Positions 13,201 to 24,562 of a DNA stretch of 43,226 bases are shown here, piece after piece (within the stretch, counting starts at the first letter, position 1; every line of letters begins with the position of its first letter). The translations under genes were made by a program, and so were the position numbers. The stretch lies in contig NC_068987.1 of NCBI RefSeq assembly GCF_001194135.2, forward strand, positions 9,789,041 through 9,832,266. The letters are read 5' to 3'. The DNA comes from Octopus bimaculoides. Its lineage: Eukaryota. The notes beneath the pieces are model-generated. The model did no database searches and had not been told where the DNA came from. It saw only the letters and a list, made by a program, of their open reading frames with translations.

Positions 13201-13415
13201 ACTCTGGTGTCACGCAAATAGCACCCGTGCAGGTGACATGTAAAAGCACCAATCACATTCTTGGAGTGTTTGGCGTTAAGAAAGGCATCCAGCCATAGAA
13301 AAACCATTCCAAATCAGACTGGAATCTGGTACAACCTTCCAGCTTACCAGCGCTGGTCAAACTGTCCAACCAATGCCAGCAACCGACATTAAACGATGAT
13401 GACGATGAGGATGAT
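13201..13415 (+). mobile_element. Retroposon 3' part with (GAT)n tail (probable SINE or RTE-type tail)
   Basis: GGCGTTAAGAAAGGCATCCAGCC...CTGTCCAACCAATGCCAGC...ACATTAAACGATGATGAC; single copy here, assignment from recall of mollusc repeats. Confidence 0.5.
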
Positions 13416-13908
13416 ATTGATTATATATATATATATATATTTACCCCCCCCCCCATATATATATATATATATGCATATGTGTGTGTGTGTGTGTGTAGAT
13501 ACATCTATCTATCCATCCATCCATCCATCCATCCATACATACATACATACATGCATACATACACACATACAGACATACATACATATATATNNNNNNNNNN
13601 NNNNNNNNNNNNNNNNNNNNNNNNNNNNNNNNNNNNNNNNNNNNNNNNNNNNNNNNNNNNNNNNNNNNNNNNNNNNNNNNNNNNNNNNNNNNNNNNNNNN
13701 NNNNNNNNNNNNNNNNNNNNNNNNNNNNNNNNNNNNNNNNNNNNNNNNNNNNNNNNNNNNNNNNNNNNNNNNNNNNNNNNNNNNNNNNNNNNNNNNNNNN
13801 NNNNNNNNNNNNNNNNNNNNNNNNNNNNNNNNNNNNNNNNNNNNNNNNNNNNNNNNNNNNNNNNNNNNNNNNNNNNNNNNNNNNNNNNNNNNNNNNNNNN
13901 NNNNNNNN

Positions 13909-13934
13909 AAATTCACCAGTGATGCAATAAGTAG

Positions 13935-13970
<36 letters not shown>

Positions 13971-13983
13971 GACTGAAGAAAAG
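13909..13983 (+). CDS. Candidate partial exon encoding an acidic tract (KFTSDAISSD11ETEEK); 5' end hidden in the N gap
   Basis: Open frame ending at AAG|GTGAGC, a consensus-like donor; the poly-Asp could simply be a (GAT)n microsatellite. Confidence 0.2.
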
Positions 13984-14506
13984 GTGAGCATGCTCCGGAA
14001 TAGGTCGATCCACACCGATAGGACATGTGAGTGCATTGAAACATTTCAAATTGATGTCTTTAGCACTTGAAATATTTCTTTTTTCCCTGTACAACATGTA
14101 AGACTTGTTCTGATGTTAATTTCTTCTTTTACGCATTTCTTTGTTCTTCATAGTTACTTATATTCTTATTAACTTTTTATCACTTTTCTATTTTTTCAAT
14201 TTTTTTCATTTTTTAGGAGGAATGTCGCTGACTAGAAGCCAACCGTGATTTCAAATATAGAGAAAAAATAAGCTTATATAAAAAAATACAGGAGTTGTGT
14301 GTCTCTGTGTCTCTGTCTCTCTCGGAAGGTGGTATGAAGACATCCAAGACATTCCAGTTACTGCTGAGAAATTATCCATAAGGAATTGTTTTTTTTTCTG
14401 TTGTTCTTGATAAAATCTCAGAAATTCTGGCAGCGAAGTGAAGGTACATCTACACACAACAGCATTCAATAATAATAGTTCTTTATCGTTTTGACACAAA
14501 GTCATC

Positions 14507-14614
14507 AATTTTAACAGGGTGGGAGGGGGTACAGTCGACGAGCCCAGATCTCAACTGGTACTTATTTCATGAAACCTGGAAGGGTGAAATGCAAAGTCGG
14601 TCTCGGTGGAACTT
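14507..14614 (-). mobile_element. SINE family A fragment, diverged
   Basis: CAACTGGTACTTATTT...GAAATGCAAAGTCGGTCTCGGTGGAA matches the family A core. Confidence 0.65.
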
Positions 14615-14760
14615 ACGGAAAATAATAGGAAGATTGCCAGCGGGAATCGAACTCAGTATCGCCAGCGGAAAATAACAGAGAGGTTGCCTGCGGAAATCGA
14701 ACCCGGTATCCTTAGCGGAAAAAATAATAGAGATCGCCAGCGAGAATCGAACACAGTGTC
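14611..14760. repeat. Higher-order tandem repeat: six 25-bp monomers alternating as three 50-bp units
   Basis: Monomers start at 14611, 14636, 14661, 14686, 14711 and 14736; every second one carries GAATCGAAC or AAATCGAAC. Confidence 0.85.
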
Positions 14761-14768
14761 TGCCGTAA

Positions 14769-14799
<31 letters not shown>

Positions 14800-14820
14800 T
14801 TAATAATAATAATGATAATA

Positions 14821-14967
14821 ATCCTTTCTACTAGAGGCACAAGGCGTGAAATCTAGGGGGAGGGGCCCAATCGATTAGATCGACCTTAGTACGCAACTGG
14901 TACATATTTTATCGACCACAAAAGGAAGAGAGGCAAAGTCGACCTCGGAGGAATTTGAACTCAGAAC
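14821..14967 (-). mobile_element. SINE family A, tail type 2, head truncated at the B box
   Basis: ATCCTTTCTACTAGAGGCACAAGGC...GGAATTTGAACTCAGAAC, with an (AAT)n/(ACT)n tail tract to its left. Confidence 0.9.
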
Positions 14968-15002
14968 TTAATATGCACAAGAGTTAGGCTTTTTGGACGA
15001 GA

Positions 15003-15423
15003 GTGTGTAAGTTTACAAGACAGCAAAGACAGTGTCTAGAACGAAAAACAACGTTAATTGCAAAGGTAATCAACTCATATAATATTGATAGTGCTGCTCT
15101 AATTGAAATCAGGTTTGCGGATATAGGTGAATTAGAAGTTGGGAGAGGTTATACATTTTTTTTCTTTTGGAGTAAAAAGCCAGCAGATTAGCCAAGAGGT
15201 CACGGTGCTGTATTTGCCATTAAATCAACTTTGCCATTAAATCAACTTTGCAATCCGTCCCTCAAGCTGTTGATCAGCGTCTCATGACCTTTCGTATTGC
15301 CATAAGTAATTTCTCATATACACCTACATTATCAGCATCTGAACATGAACATAAAATTTTCTACTCTAAATGGCAAACAATTACCAGTAAAATTCCTTAC
15401 GACAAATTATTATTGATGGGCAA
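15003..15423 (+). mobile_element. RTE-clade LINE fragment, apurinic endonuclease domain pseudogene
   Basis: ERKTTLIAKVINSYNIDSAALIEIRFADIGEL-VGRGYTFF-WSKKP...GAVFAIKS...VDQRLMTFRI...YTPTL...FYSK...DKLLLMGN follows the RTE endonuclease pattern (YNIDIAALSETR, GYTFFWSG, YAPT, DKLILLGDFN); stops and frameshifts present. Confidence 0.88.
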
Positions 15424-15425
15424 TC

Positions 15426-15435
15426 CATCATCATT

Positions 15436-15515
<80 letters not shown>

Positions 15516-15522
15516 TGTTGTT
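15426..15522. repeat. Compound microsatellite (ATC)n(GTC)n(GTT)n
   Basis: Direct reading. Confidence 0.95.
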
Positions 15523-15527
15523 ATGTA

Positions 15528-15730
15528 GGCGGCGAGCTGGCACAATCTTTAGCACGTCTTCATGCTCTGGGTTCAAATACGCCGAGATCGACTTTGCCAT
15601 TCATCCGTCGGGGTCGATAAAACAAATAACAGTTGAGTATTGGGGGGACGATGTAATCGACTAGCCCCCTCTCCGCCAAATTTCAGGCCTTGTGCCTATA
15701 GAAGAAAGAATTATTATTATTATTATTATT
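15528..15730 (+). mobile_element. SINE family A, tail type 2, with an internal deletion in the head
   Basis: GGCGGCGAGCTGGCA...TTAGCACG joined directly to TCTTCATGCTCTGGGTTCAAAT; tail GGCCTTGTGCCTATAGAAGAAAG followed by (ATT)n. Confidence 0.85.
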
Positions 15731-15733
15731 GAG

Positions 15734-15973
15734 TTCACATTTTTACCAATAATATTTGGAGCGCTTGGTTTTTGTGAGTAAATGCTTAAGTGATAATCTG
15801 GATTACATGGGATTTTCAGAAAAGAAATCAGCTTTGGAAAAATATGTAAAACTTTTCTCAAGTTCAAAATATGACATTATTTTGTGATCTACATTTCAAT
15901 GACAGAGCTTTGTATCTTTGTTTGAGAGCATCCCCTTCCTTATCAGAAGACTTAAAATAATTAAAAATAGAAG
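15734..15973 (+). mobile_element. 3' end of an RLE-type (R4/Dong-like) non-LTR retrotransposon, decayed
   Basis: FTFLPIIFGALGF/VSKCLSDNLDYMGFSEK...KICKTFLKFKI*; PIIxGALG matches the restriction-like endonuclease C-terminus; homologous to 36365-36596. Confidence 0.7.
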
Positions 15974-16610
15974 NNNNNNNNNNNNNNNNNNNNNNNNNNN
16001 NNNNNNNNNNNNNNNNNNNNNNNNNNNNNNNNNNNNNNNNNNNNNNNNNNNNNNNNNNNNNNNNNNNNNNNNNNNNNNNNNNNNNNNNNNNNNNNNNNNN
16101 NNNNNNNNNNNNNNNNNNNNNNNNNNNNNNNNNNNNNNNNNNNNNNNNNNNNNNNNNNNNNNNNNNNNNNNNNNNNNNNNNNNNNNNNNNNNNNNNNNNN
16201 NNNNNNNNNNNNNNNNNNNNNNNNNNNNNNNNNNNNNNNNNNNNNNNNNNNNNNNNNNNNNNNNNNNNNNNNNNNNNNNNNNNNNNNNNNNNNNNNNNNN
16301 NNNNNNNNNNNNNNNNNNNNNNNNNNNNNNNNNNNNNNNNNNNNNNNNNNNNNNNNNNNNNNNNNNNNNNNNNNNNNNNNNNNNNNNNNNNNNNNNNNNN
16401 NNNNNNNNNNNNNNNNNNNNNNNNNNNNNNNNNNNNNNNNNNNNNNNNNNNNNNNNNNNNNNNNNNNNNNNNNNNNNNNNNNNNNNNNNNNNNNNNNNNN
16501 NNNNNNNNNNNNNNNNNNNNNNNNNNNNNNNNNNNNNNNNNNNNNNNNNNNNNAGTTTCGGTTCTATTGGTAAAATCTCAAATTTGTAATAATAATATTA
16601 TATATATATA

Positions 16611-16999
16611 GGCGCAGGAGTAGCTGAGTGGTAAGAAGTTTGCTTCCCAACGATATGGTTCCGGGTTCAGTCCCACTGCATGACATCTTGGGCAAATGTC
16701 TTCTACTAAAACCTCGGGCTGACCAAAACCTTGAGTGGATCTGGTATACGGAAACTGAGAGAAGCCCGTCATATATATATATGTATGTATGAATATCTGT
16801 GTTTCTCACCCCACCATCACTTGACAACCGATGTTGGTGTGTTTATATCCCCTTAACTTAGAGGTTCGGCAATAGAGACCGATAGAATAAGCACTAGGCT
16901 TATAAAGAATAAGTCCTGGGGTCGATTTGTTCGACTAAACGCAGTGCTCCAGCATGGCCGCAGTCAAATGACTGAAACAAGTAAAAGAATAAAGGAATA
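16611..16999 (+). mobile_element. SINE family B (tRNA head, CORE-like block, internal microsatellite, 3' module), full length
   Basis: GGCGCAGGAGTAGCTGAGTGGTAAG...GGGTTCAGTCCC...CTTGGGCAAATGTC...; tail GTAAAAGAATAAAGG. Confidence 0.9.
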
Positions 17000-18189
17000 C
17001 ATATATGTGTATACATGCGTACACGCATTCTTACATACGTATGTATGTGTGTGTGTATATGTATGAGAGATCGGATTAAGTATGGATACTATAAACTTAG
17101 ATGATATACTTGTGTGTATCTGTGTATGAAAATAGTTAAACCCAAAAAAAGTCGAAAATAGACGAAAGGGTTAAACAAAACTGGCGTTCATTAAACGTTT
17201 ATGTCGTCAAGATCTTTCAGAAATGAATGAACACCATATGCTCTCAAGAGCTGTACTATCTTTCTCCTATTTCACTAAATCAAATTAGTAATATTCCTCT
17301 AGCCTGGAAGCAACCTTGAATTATATTTATATATTTGCATAATCCTCTATCATTTCACCTATATCATGTATAATATTGACTTATTACAGATCGAAAAGAT
17401 GTTTGGTGGTGGAAATATCTTCTTATCAACTCTCCCACGCAAAGAAGCTAACAACATTAAAAACATCCTGTTTTGTTTTATTACTTTTCGTTGTTGTTAT
17501 TGTTTTTGTTGTGATCTTTATGGTCGTGGTAGTGTTGGTGGAGCGAACAGTAATGGCGGCTGTTGCTATTGTTAGGAATTATTATATATTTAGCAGACGT
17601 CTTTCAGAATGTCTCCATTTTGCTATTTTATTGCATAAAAAATTACCTTTTATCTCCAATCAATTGGATTATATTAGCAATTTGATTTGCTTTAAACAAA
17701 TTGTTCCATATCCAAAAGTAGATTTATGTGTTTTTTTCTTTCGCGATGTTATGGAGGGTACCGTTATTAAATAGACCTATCAAACGAAACCATGTGTAGC
17801 CGCAATAACAATCATTAAATTACCACACAGACTCAGACAGTTTCTTCCAGTAATACACCCTCCAACTGCCTCCCATTCAAGATTTTAGCTTTGCCGTCAG
17901 AAAAACGGTTTTAAGCAGCATTATGTATTATTGCAAAATGATAGCACAAACAGACTGACCAACATGCATGAAAGACTTTTCAAGCCGCTCAACTATTGTT
18001 GACTGGACAATGATAACTAACAATTAGACAGACGGTAATAAAAATGAAATTACAAACTGGGCTTGGATAAAAATTGGTCGATTAATGAACGCTACAAATA
18101 ATAGATTGGTTAGCATCGAATAGTAGTTTGTAGTCATAAAACCACAAAAGGTATCCATAACAAGATATAAAAGTTTTCAGAGAACTATG

Positions 18190-18262
<73 letters not shown>
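18190..18262. repeat. (AAT)n microsatellite
   Basis: Direct reading. Confidence 0.97.
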
Positions 18263-18263
<1 letters not shown>

Positions 18264-18677
18264 GAAAATCGAAGGTTGATATTATCGCTGATATCATTAT
18301 ATATAGAGTGGAATAACATCTGCAATTTGTATCGGTGACATCAATAAGAACAAATATATAAAGAAATTCAACAAAGCCGTCGGCCATAAAAGTGATTTTG
18401 TTCTCAATGAAGGGATATTCACGATAATTTTAAAACCATAAATAACATGAAGCTCACGTCGTACACCGAAACCACAGCAGAAAGGGAGAATGTAGCAAGC
18501 GTAGCAAACACCCTGAAGTGAAAAGCAATGAAAAAAGAAGTATAGTTAGTCAAGCTTTCTCAGCTCCACTACCGCCGCACCACGAAATAACACGTCACTA
18601 GCTATGGAGAAACCCAGGAGTGAACAGCAATAAAACAAGTATAGAAAGTAGTAGTGGCAGCAGTAGTAGTAGTAGTA

Positions 18678-18711
<34 letters not shown>

Positions 18712-19351
18712 GAAAAAGTGGAATAACTAAAAACTATAACAACAACAATTGAAAAGAAGGAAAAGAGAAGATGCGAAAACAGACCTTATGCTGTTCACTG
18801 AGAAATTATTAGAACTGTCGTCTGCTAAATGACTCGCGGCTCTGATATTTGATAGGCGTGTGGGATGGCTCGGTGAGGATGGGGTAAAGTGAGAAATATG
18901 GAACGTAGAAAAAATAGAATCATTGAAATATTGAATTTTGACTCGGATAAATAGTTCACGTCTCAGGGATTATAGAAAAACAAGGATGTTTCAGTAACTC
19001 ATAAACATAAAATAGTGCAGTATATACGTATATGCATAGGTATATGTGTGAGTGTGTGTTTATGCACGTATTTATGTATGTATACATGCATGTATGTATA
19101 TATGTCATCAAATAAGCTAGTTAACCCAAAGCTGGGACCCTGAGCGCATGGACGTAGAAATACCTTGCACAGTAAAAGAACTGGGACTGTGTGTCCCCTT
19201 CTTGATTTCACAACGTCCTTCTTGGAGAGAGATACTTGGATATAAAACCTGTGGCTTCGGCCTGGCAAATTATTTTATTTGCCAAAATAAGTCAGAAACC
19301 ATTGGTCCAGGAGCTAGATGGTAAATGTTTTTATTTTTCATTCCCTTTGAG

Positions 19352-19393
<42 letters not shown>

Positions 19394-19532
19394 CATACAT
19401 GTATGTGTGTATGGTGAACACAACGCTCTCTTACCACTCCCCCCTCTCTCTCTCATTGCTATTACTTTCTCTCACTCCTTCCTACTGCGTAATTTTGGAG
19501 ACACACACACATGTATATATACACACACAAAT

Positions 19533-19584
19533 ATAATCCTTTCTACTCTAGGCAAAAGGCCCGACATTTTTGGGGAGGGGGCCA
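19533..19584 (-). mobile_element. SINE family A tail type 2; remainder in the N gap
   Basis: ATCCTTTCTACTCTAGGCAAAAGGCCCGACATTTTTGGGGAGGGGGCCA. Confidence 0.8.
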
Positions 19585-20477
19585 NNNNNNNNNNNNNNNN
19601 NNNNNNNNNNNNNNNNNNNNNNNNNNNNNNNNNNNNNNNNNNNNNNNNNNNNNNNNNNNNNNNNNNNNNNNNNNNNNNNNNNNNNNNNNNNNNNNNNNNN
19701 NNNNNNNNNNNNNNNNNNNNNNNNNNNNNNNNNNNNNNNNNNNNNNNNNNNNNNNNNNNNNNNNNNNNNNNNNNNNNNNNNNNNNNNNNNNNNNNNNNNN
19801 NNNNNNNNNNNNNNNNNNNNNNNNNNNNNNNNNNNNNNNNNNNNNNNNNNNNNNNNNNNNNNNNNNNNNNNNNNNNNNNNNNNNNNNNNNNNNNNNNNNN
19901 NNNNNNNNNNNNNNNNNNNNNNNNNNNNNNNNNNNNNNNNNNNNNNNNNNNNNNNNNNNNNNNNNNNNNNNNNNNNNNNNNNNNNNNNNNNNNNNNNNNN
20001 NNNNNNNNNNNNNNNNNNNNNNNNNNNNNNNNNNNNNNNNNNNNNNNNNNNNNNNNNNNNNNNNNNNNNNNNNNNNNNNNNNNNNNNNNNNNNNNNNNNN
20101 NNNNNNNNNNNNNNNNNNNNNNNNNNNNNNNNNNNNNNNNNNNNNNNNNNNNNNNNNNNNNNNNNNNNNNNNNNNNNNNNNNNNNNNNNNNNNNNNNNNN
20201 NNNNNNNNNNNNNNNNNNNNNNNNNNNNNNNNNNNNNNNNNNNNNNNNNNNNNNNNNNNNNNNNNNNNNNNNNNNNNNNNNNNNNNNNNNNNNNNNNNNN
20301 NNNNNNNNNNNNNNNNNNNNNNNNNNNNNNNNNNNNNNNNNNNNNNNNNNNNNNNNNNNNNNNNNNNNNNNNNNNNNNNNNNNNNNNNNNNNNNNNNNNN
20401 NNNNNNNNNNNNNNNNNNNNNNNNNNNNNNNNNNNNNNNNNNNNNNNNNNNNNNNNNNNNNNNNNNNNNNNNNNNNC

Positions 20478-20860
20478 ATTATTACCTTAGAAGATTATTG
20501 AGCGAGAGAGCAGTGTATGCCATTAAAAGGTCCCTGAATGAGGCTTGTTTAAGGTTGCTGAATGAAACACCCATGCTACCACAGGTGAATTATTCAAACT
20601 CCAAATAATTCCTTTCAACACATGGCTATAATGATCCCCCACTACTTCTGCTCGTAATCAGAGATACCCATATCGTCTGCCACTGAGGAACATGCTCAAC
20701 TGGTTAAAGTCAAGCAATTGACAAGCAAATCTCTGGTATTGAGCAGAATATTTGCTGTAGCCCATCTTTTTATACCAAGACAAAACAATGTACATGATAA
20801 CACTTCAATCCAGTTAAGATCAGAAGCCATGAGAGCCAGTGCCTGGTACTGCATCAGGGC

Positions 20861-20935
<75 letters not shown>

Positions 20936-20957
20936 TATTATTATTATTATTATTATA
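20478..20957 (+). repeat. Probable interspersed repeat 3' end with a long (ATT)n tail (tail 20864-20957)
   Basis: Higher-complexity block ending ...GCATCAGGGCATTT(ATT)n; resembles an octopus repeat I recall, single copy here, class unknown. Confidence 0.35.
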
Positions 20958-21352
20958 TGCCATTCATGCGAATGTATGCCTGTGAATATGTATTTAAGAC
21001 TAAACTGTTAAAGAGCTTGAGGTGTGAAGAAATGATAAATTGAAAATTCTATATTTGCAAATTGCAAATTATTAATGATGAAAACATTTCACGAATAATC
21101 CAATTAGGAATAAGTGTCTGTTGAATTAAACAAACAACATATGTACATACAAATATTTCTTAATGTATATCGTTTAATATAACTTTATATTGCGAAAACT
21201 CAAAGCGTTCGGAACTTGATTACCGAGCGTATTATAATGTAATGTAAGATTACATAATATCATGTATGTAACCTTATGTTTATGTAAAGTATGTAAACCA
21301 TAGCTTTCATAGACTTAAAATATATATGGAAATGGAAATAATATAATGATGG

Positions 21353-21398
<46 letters not shown>

Positions 21399-21587
21399 NN
21401 NNNNNNNNNNNNNNNNNNNNNNNNNNNNNNNNNNNNNNNNNNNNNNNNNNNNNNNNNNNNNNNNNNNNNNNNNNNNNNNNNNNNNNNNNNNNNNNNNNNN
21501 NNNNNNNNNNNNNNNNNNNNNNNNNNNNNNNNNNNNNNNNNNNNNNNNNNNNNNNNNNNNNNNNNNNNNNNNNNNNNNNNNNNNNNN

Positions 21588-21638
<51 letters not shown>

Positions 21639-22892
21639 ATATATATGTGTGTGTGCATATATATGTAATATATGTATGTATTTGCACATACAGTCATACA
21701 CCTACGATTAAGTATATATATATGATATATATATATGTTAGTCGTTTCCAATGTATTGATTGTTTCAAGTTAATAAACGTAAAGTTGTAGTAGTAGAGGT
21801 AGTAGTAGCAGCAGCAGCAGCAGCAGTATTTATGTTTTGTTGTTGCTATTGTTGTGACGGTAGTCGTGATATATGTGTGATTCTGTACCAGTCTGTGTGT
21901 ATGCATGTGTGTCTAAAATCTATCAACTGTCGACTGTCTATAAATTTGGTTTGAAAATTCACACACGCACCCACACACACACACATACAGAAACATATAA
22001 TATATATATATTTATGCATACATATATATATACACACATATGTATATATATATATATGTGTTTGTGTGCGTGTATTTATCTTTACATATAAAGGTACGAA
22101 ACTAAACAGTAGCATTGGTCGATAACTGATGAAGAATTATGAACTTTTTGTCTCCCGTTCGTTTTTCCATTCAGTATACGTTTACCTCGTTTGTTTATAC
22201 ATTTTTTCATTTATCAAGTAATGGCACGCAACGCACACCGAATTTGTATTAACAGGTAAGTTTTTTAAATACCCACTTCTCTCTTGCCTTCATTTTTCCC
22301 CTTTTCTTTCTCTCACCTTGTCACTTCTATTCTAGCCCTTCTACGTCCTTTCTCTCTCACTCTCCCTCTTGTATTCCTAGTCTTTCTACTTCCCCTTCAT
22401 CCACTTCCTCCTTCTTTTCTTTGTCGCTCCTTCTCCTTGCTGTCTTTCTCCTCTGCTGCTATCACGTGACCAGCAGCCAGTCACAAATTCTGTCTCTCTG
22501 TTCTTCATCCTTCAAAACATTTTCGAAGTGTTACACACTATTCTCGTCTCCTTGGCCCCAAGGCCATATTCTGTTCGACTTTTTGTCCTCGTCCACAGTC
22601 CTAAATCACATTCTGTGTCGTTTTGCTTGTTTTGTTTCGTTTTGTTAGCTTCTATGGTACATGCATAACTGTCAGTTTGGATAAGGTTGAATTTTCAGCA
22701 AAAGAAATCAACTAAGTGATTCACACATTACAAATACAATTTTGTAAGCGGAACACTAAGACCCTGCAAGACTTTTCTCAGTTTTAGAATCTGACATTGT
22801 TTTCATTATCTACTTTCCCAAAATGGAGTTTTGTATCTTTGTTAGAAATCGGATCCTTCTTCAGACGAAAAATTAAATGATTAAATACAGAA

Positions 22893-22937
<45 letters not shown>

Positions 22938-22955
22938 NNNNNNNNNNTATATGTC

Positions 22956-23001
<46 letters not shown>

Positions 23002-23066
23002 TATATGTGTGTGTTTATATATATTATACATATATATGTATATATATGTATGCATATGTGTGTATG

Positions 23067-23098
<32 letters not shown>

Positions 23099-23540
23099 AA
23101 AAGCTGCGTGTATGTAACGCGGCAGCAGCGCTGATTTCTGACTTCGGTTATCTGTTTTGTGAAAGATTTAGAGATTTTGTAATTATTTTTCTTACTTGAC
23201 AGATCAGGCGTTGGTTGCTAGAAAGCCAGAATTGCGAGCCACACACTGACTTAATTAAAATAAAGTATCAGGTGTTTTTCATTCTCTGAGGGTGTTTTTT
23301 TAAAATTATTTCAAGCATTTCATCAAGGTTTTCATTTTCTAATAGACAACAAGGGGTTTCGAAGCAATCATCATCATAATATAATTATTTCCCTTGCTCA
23401 GTTGAATATGGCACCTAACTTGGAGTGTATGGATGTCATCATTTGTCTTAATTTCAAACTTTGTTTTAATGTCAGCTCTATAGTTGCCGCGTGTCGGTAA
23501 TAACATATGTTTCTATTTTTGTTGACCTGTTATATTTTTT

Positions 23541-23745
23541 GCGGAGGCGTCTAGCCTTGTTGTTAGGATGTTGGACTCGTGTTCGAAAGATTATAGTTTC
23601 AAAGGTCACCACGAACGGGCCACTAGTTGTGTTCTTTAGCAAAACTCTGTATTTCACTTTGCTTCAGTTCACTTAGCTGGTAAAAATGAGTAATCCTGCG
23701 ACTGACCAGCGTCCTGTCCAAAGAGAATATAAACGCCACGGCCAA
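23541..23745 (+). mobile_element. tRNA-derived SINE family F (working name), CORE-like, diverged
   Basis: GCCTTGTTGTTAGGATGTTGGACTC...TTAGCAAAAC...ATTTCAC...CCTGCGACTGACCAGCGTCCTGTCC; related to 26642. Confidence 0.6.
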
Positions 23746-23749
23746 CCCT

Positions 23750-24118
23750 GTGGCTATGTGGTAAGTAGTTTGCTTCCCTACCACATGGCTCCAGGTTCAG
23801 TCCCGCGGCGTGGCACCTTGAGCAAGTGTCTTCTACTTTTGCCTCGGGCTGACCAAAGCCTTGTGGGTGGATCTGGTAGACGGAAACCGAAAGAAGCACG
23901 CCGTATATATATGTATATGTATATGTGTGTGTGAGTGTCTGTATCTGTTCCCCCACCATCACTTGAAAACCGACGTTGGTGTGTTTACGTCCCCGTAACT
24001 AAGCCGCTCGGCAAAACAGACCGATAGAATAAGTACTAGGCTTACAAAGAATAAGTCCTGGCGTCGACTTGTTCGACTAAAGGTGGTGCTCCAGCATGAC
24101 TGAAACAAATAAAATAAA
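23750..24118 (+). mobile_element. SINE family B, full length
   Basis: GTGGCTATGTGGTAAG...GGTTCAGTCCC...CACCTTGAGCAAGTG...3' module with a 14-bp deletion. Confidence 0.92.
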
Positions 24119-24156
24119 ACTATATATACACATACACTTATAAAATATATATATAT

Positions 24157-24562
24157 AGGAGTGGCTGTGTGGTAAGTAGCTTGCTTACCAACCACATGGT
24201 TCCGGGTTCAGTCCCACTGCGTGGCACCTTGGGCAAGTGTCTTCTACTATAGCCTCGGGCCGACCAAAGCCTTGTGAGTGGATTTGGTAGACGGAAACTG
24301 AAAGAAGCCCGTCGTATATATGTGTATATATATATATGTGTGTGTGTGTATGTTTGTGTGTCTGTGTTTGTCCCCCAACATCGTTTGACAACCGATGCTG
24401 GTGTGTTTACGTCCCCGTAACCTAGCGGTTCGGCAAAAGAGACCGATAGAATAAGTACTAGGCATCCAAAGAATAAGTCCTGGGGTCGATTTGCTCGACT
24501 AAAGGTGGTGCTCCAGTATGGCCGCAGTCAAATGACTGAAACAAGTAAAAGAGTAAAAGAGT
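24157..24562 (+). mobile_element. SINE family B, full length, apparently the least decayed copy
   Basis: AGGAGTGGCTGTGTGGTAAG...CCGGGTTCAGTCCC...GCACCTTGGGCAAGTG (CORE-like)...(TA)(TG) tract...GTAAAAGAGTAAAAGAG tail. Confidence 0.95.

Noticed and set aside
14611-14760. CRISPR-like or tRNA-gene-array interpretation of the 25/50-bp repeat
   Set aside because: No unique spacers, eukaryotic context, and units too short for a cloverleaf
16611-16690. tRNA genes at SINE heads (also 24157, 26642 and family A heads)
   Set aside because: Only A/B-box-like remnants fused to SINE bodies; no complete cloverleaf
22115-22150. CTGATGA as a second hammerhead core
   Set aside because: Followed by GAAC rather than GAAA, with no stems I or III
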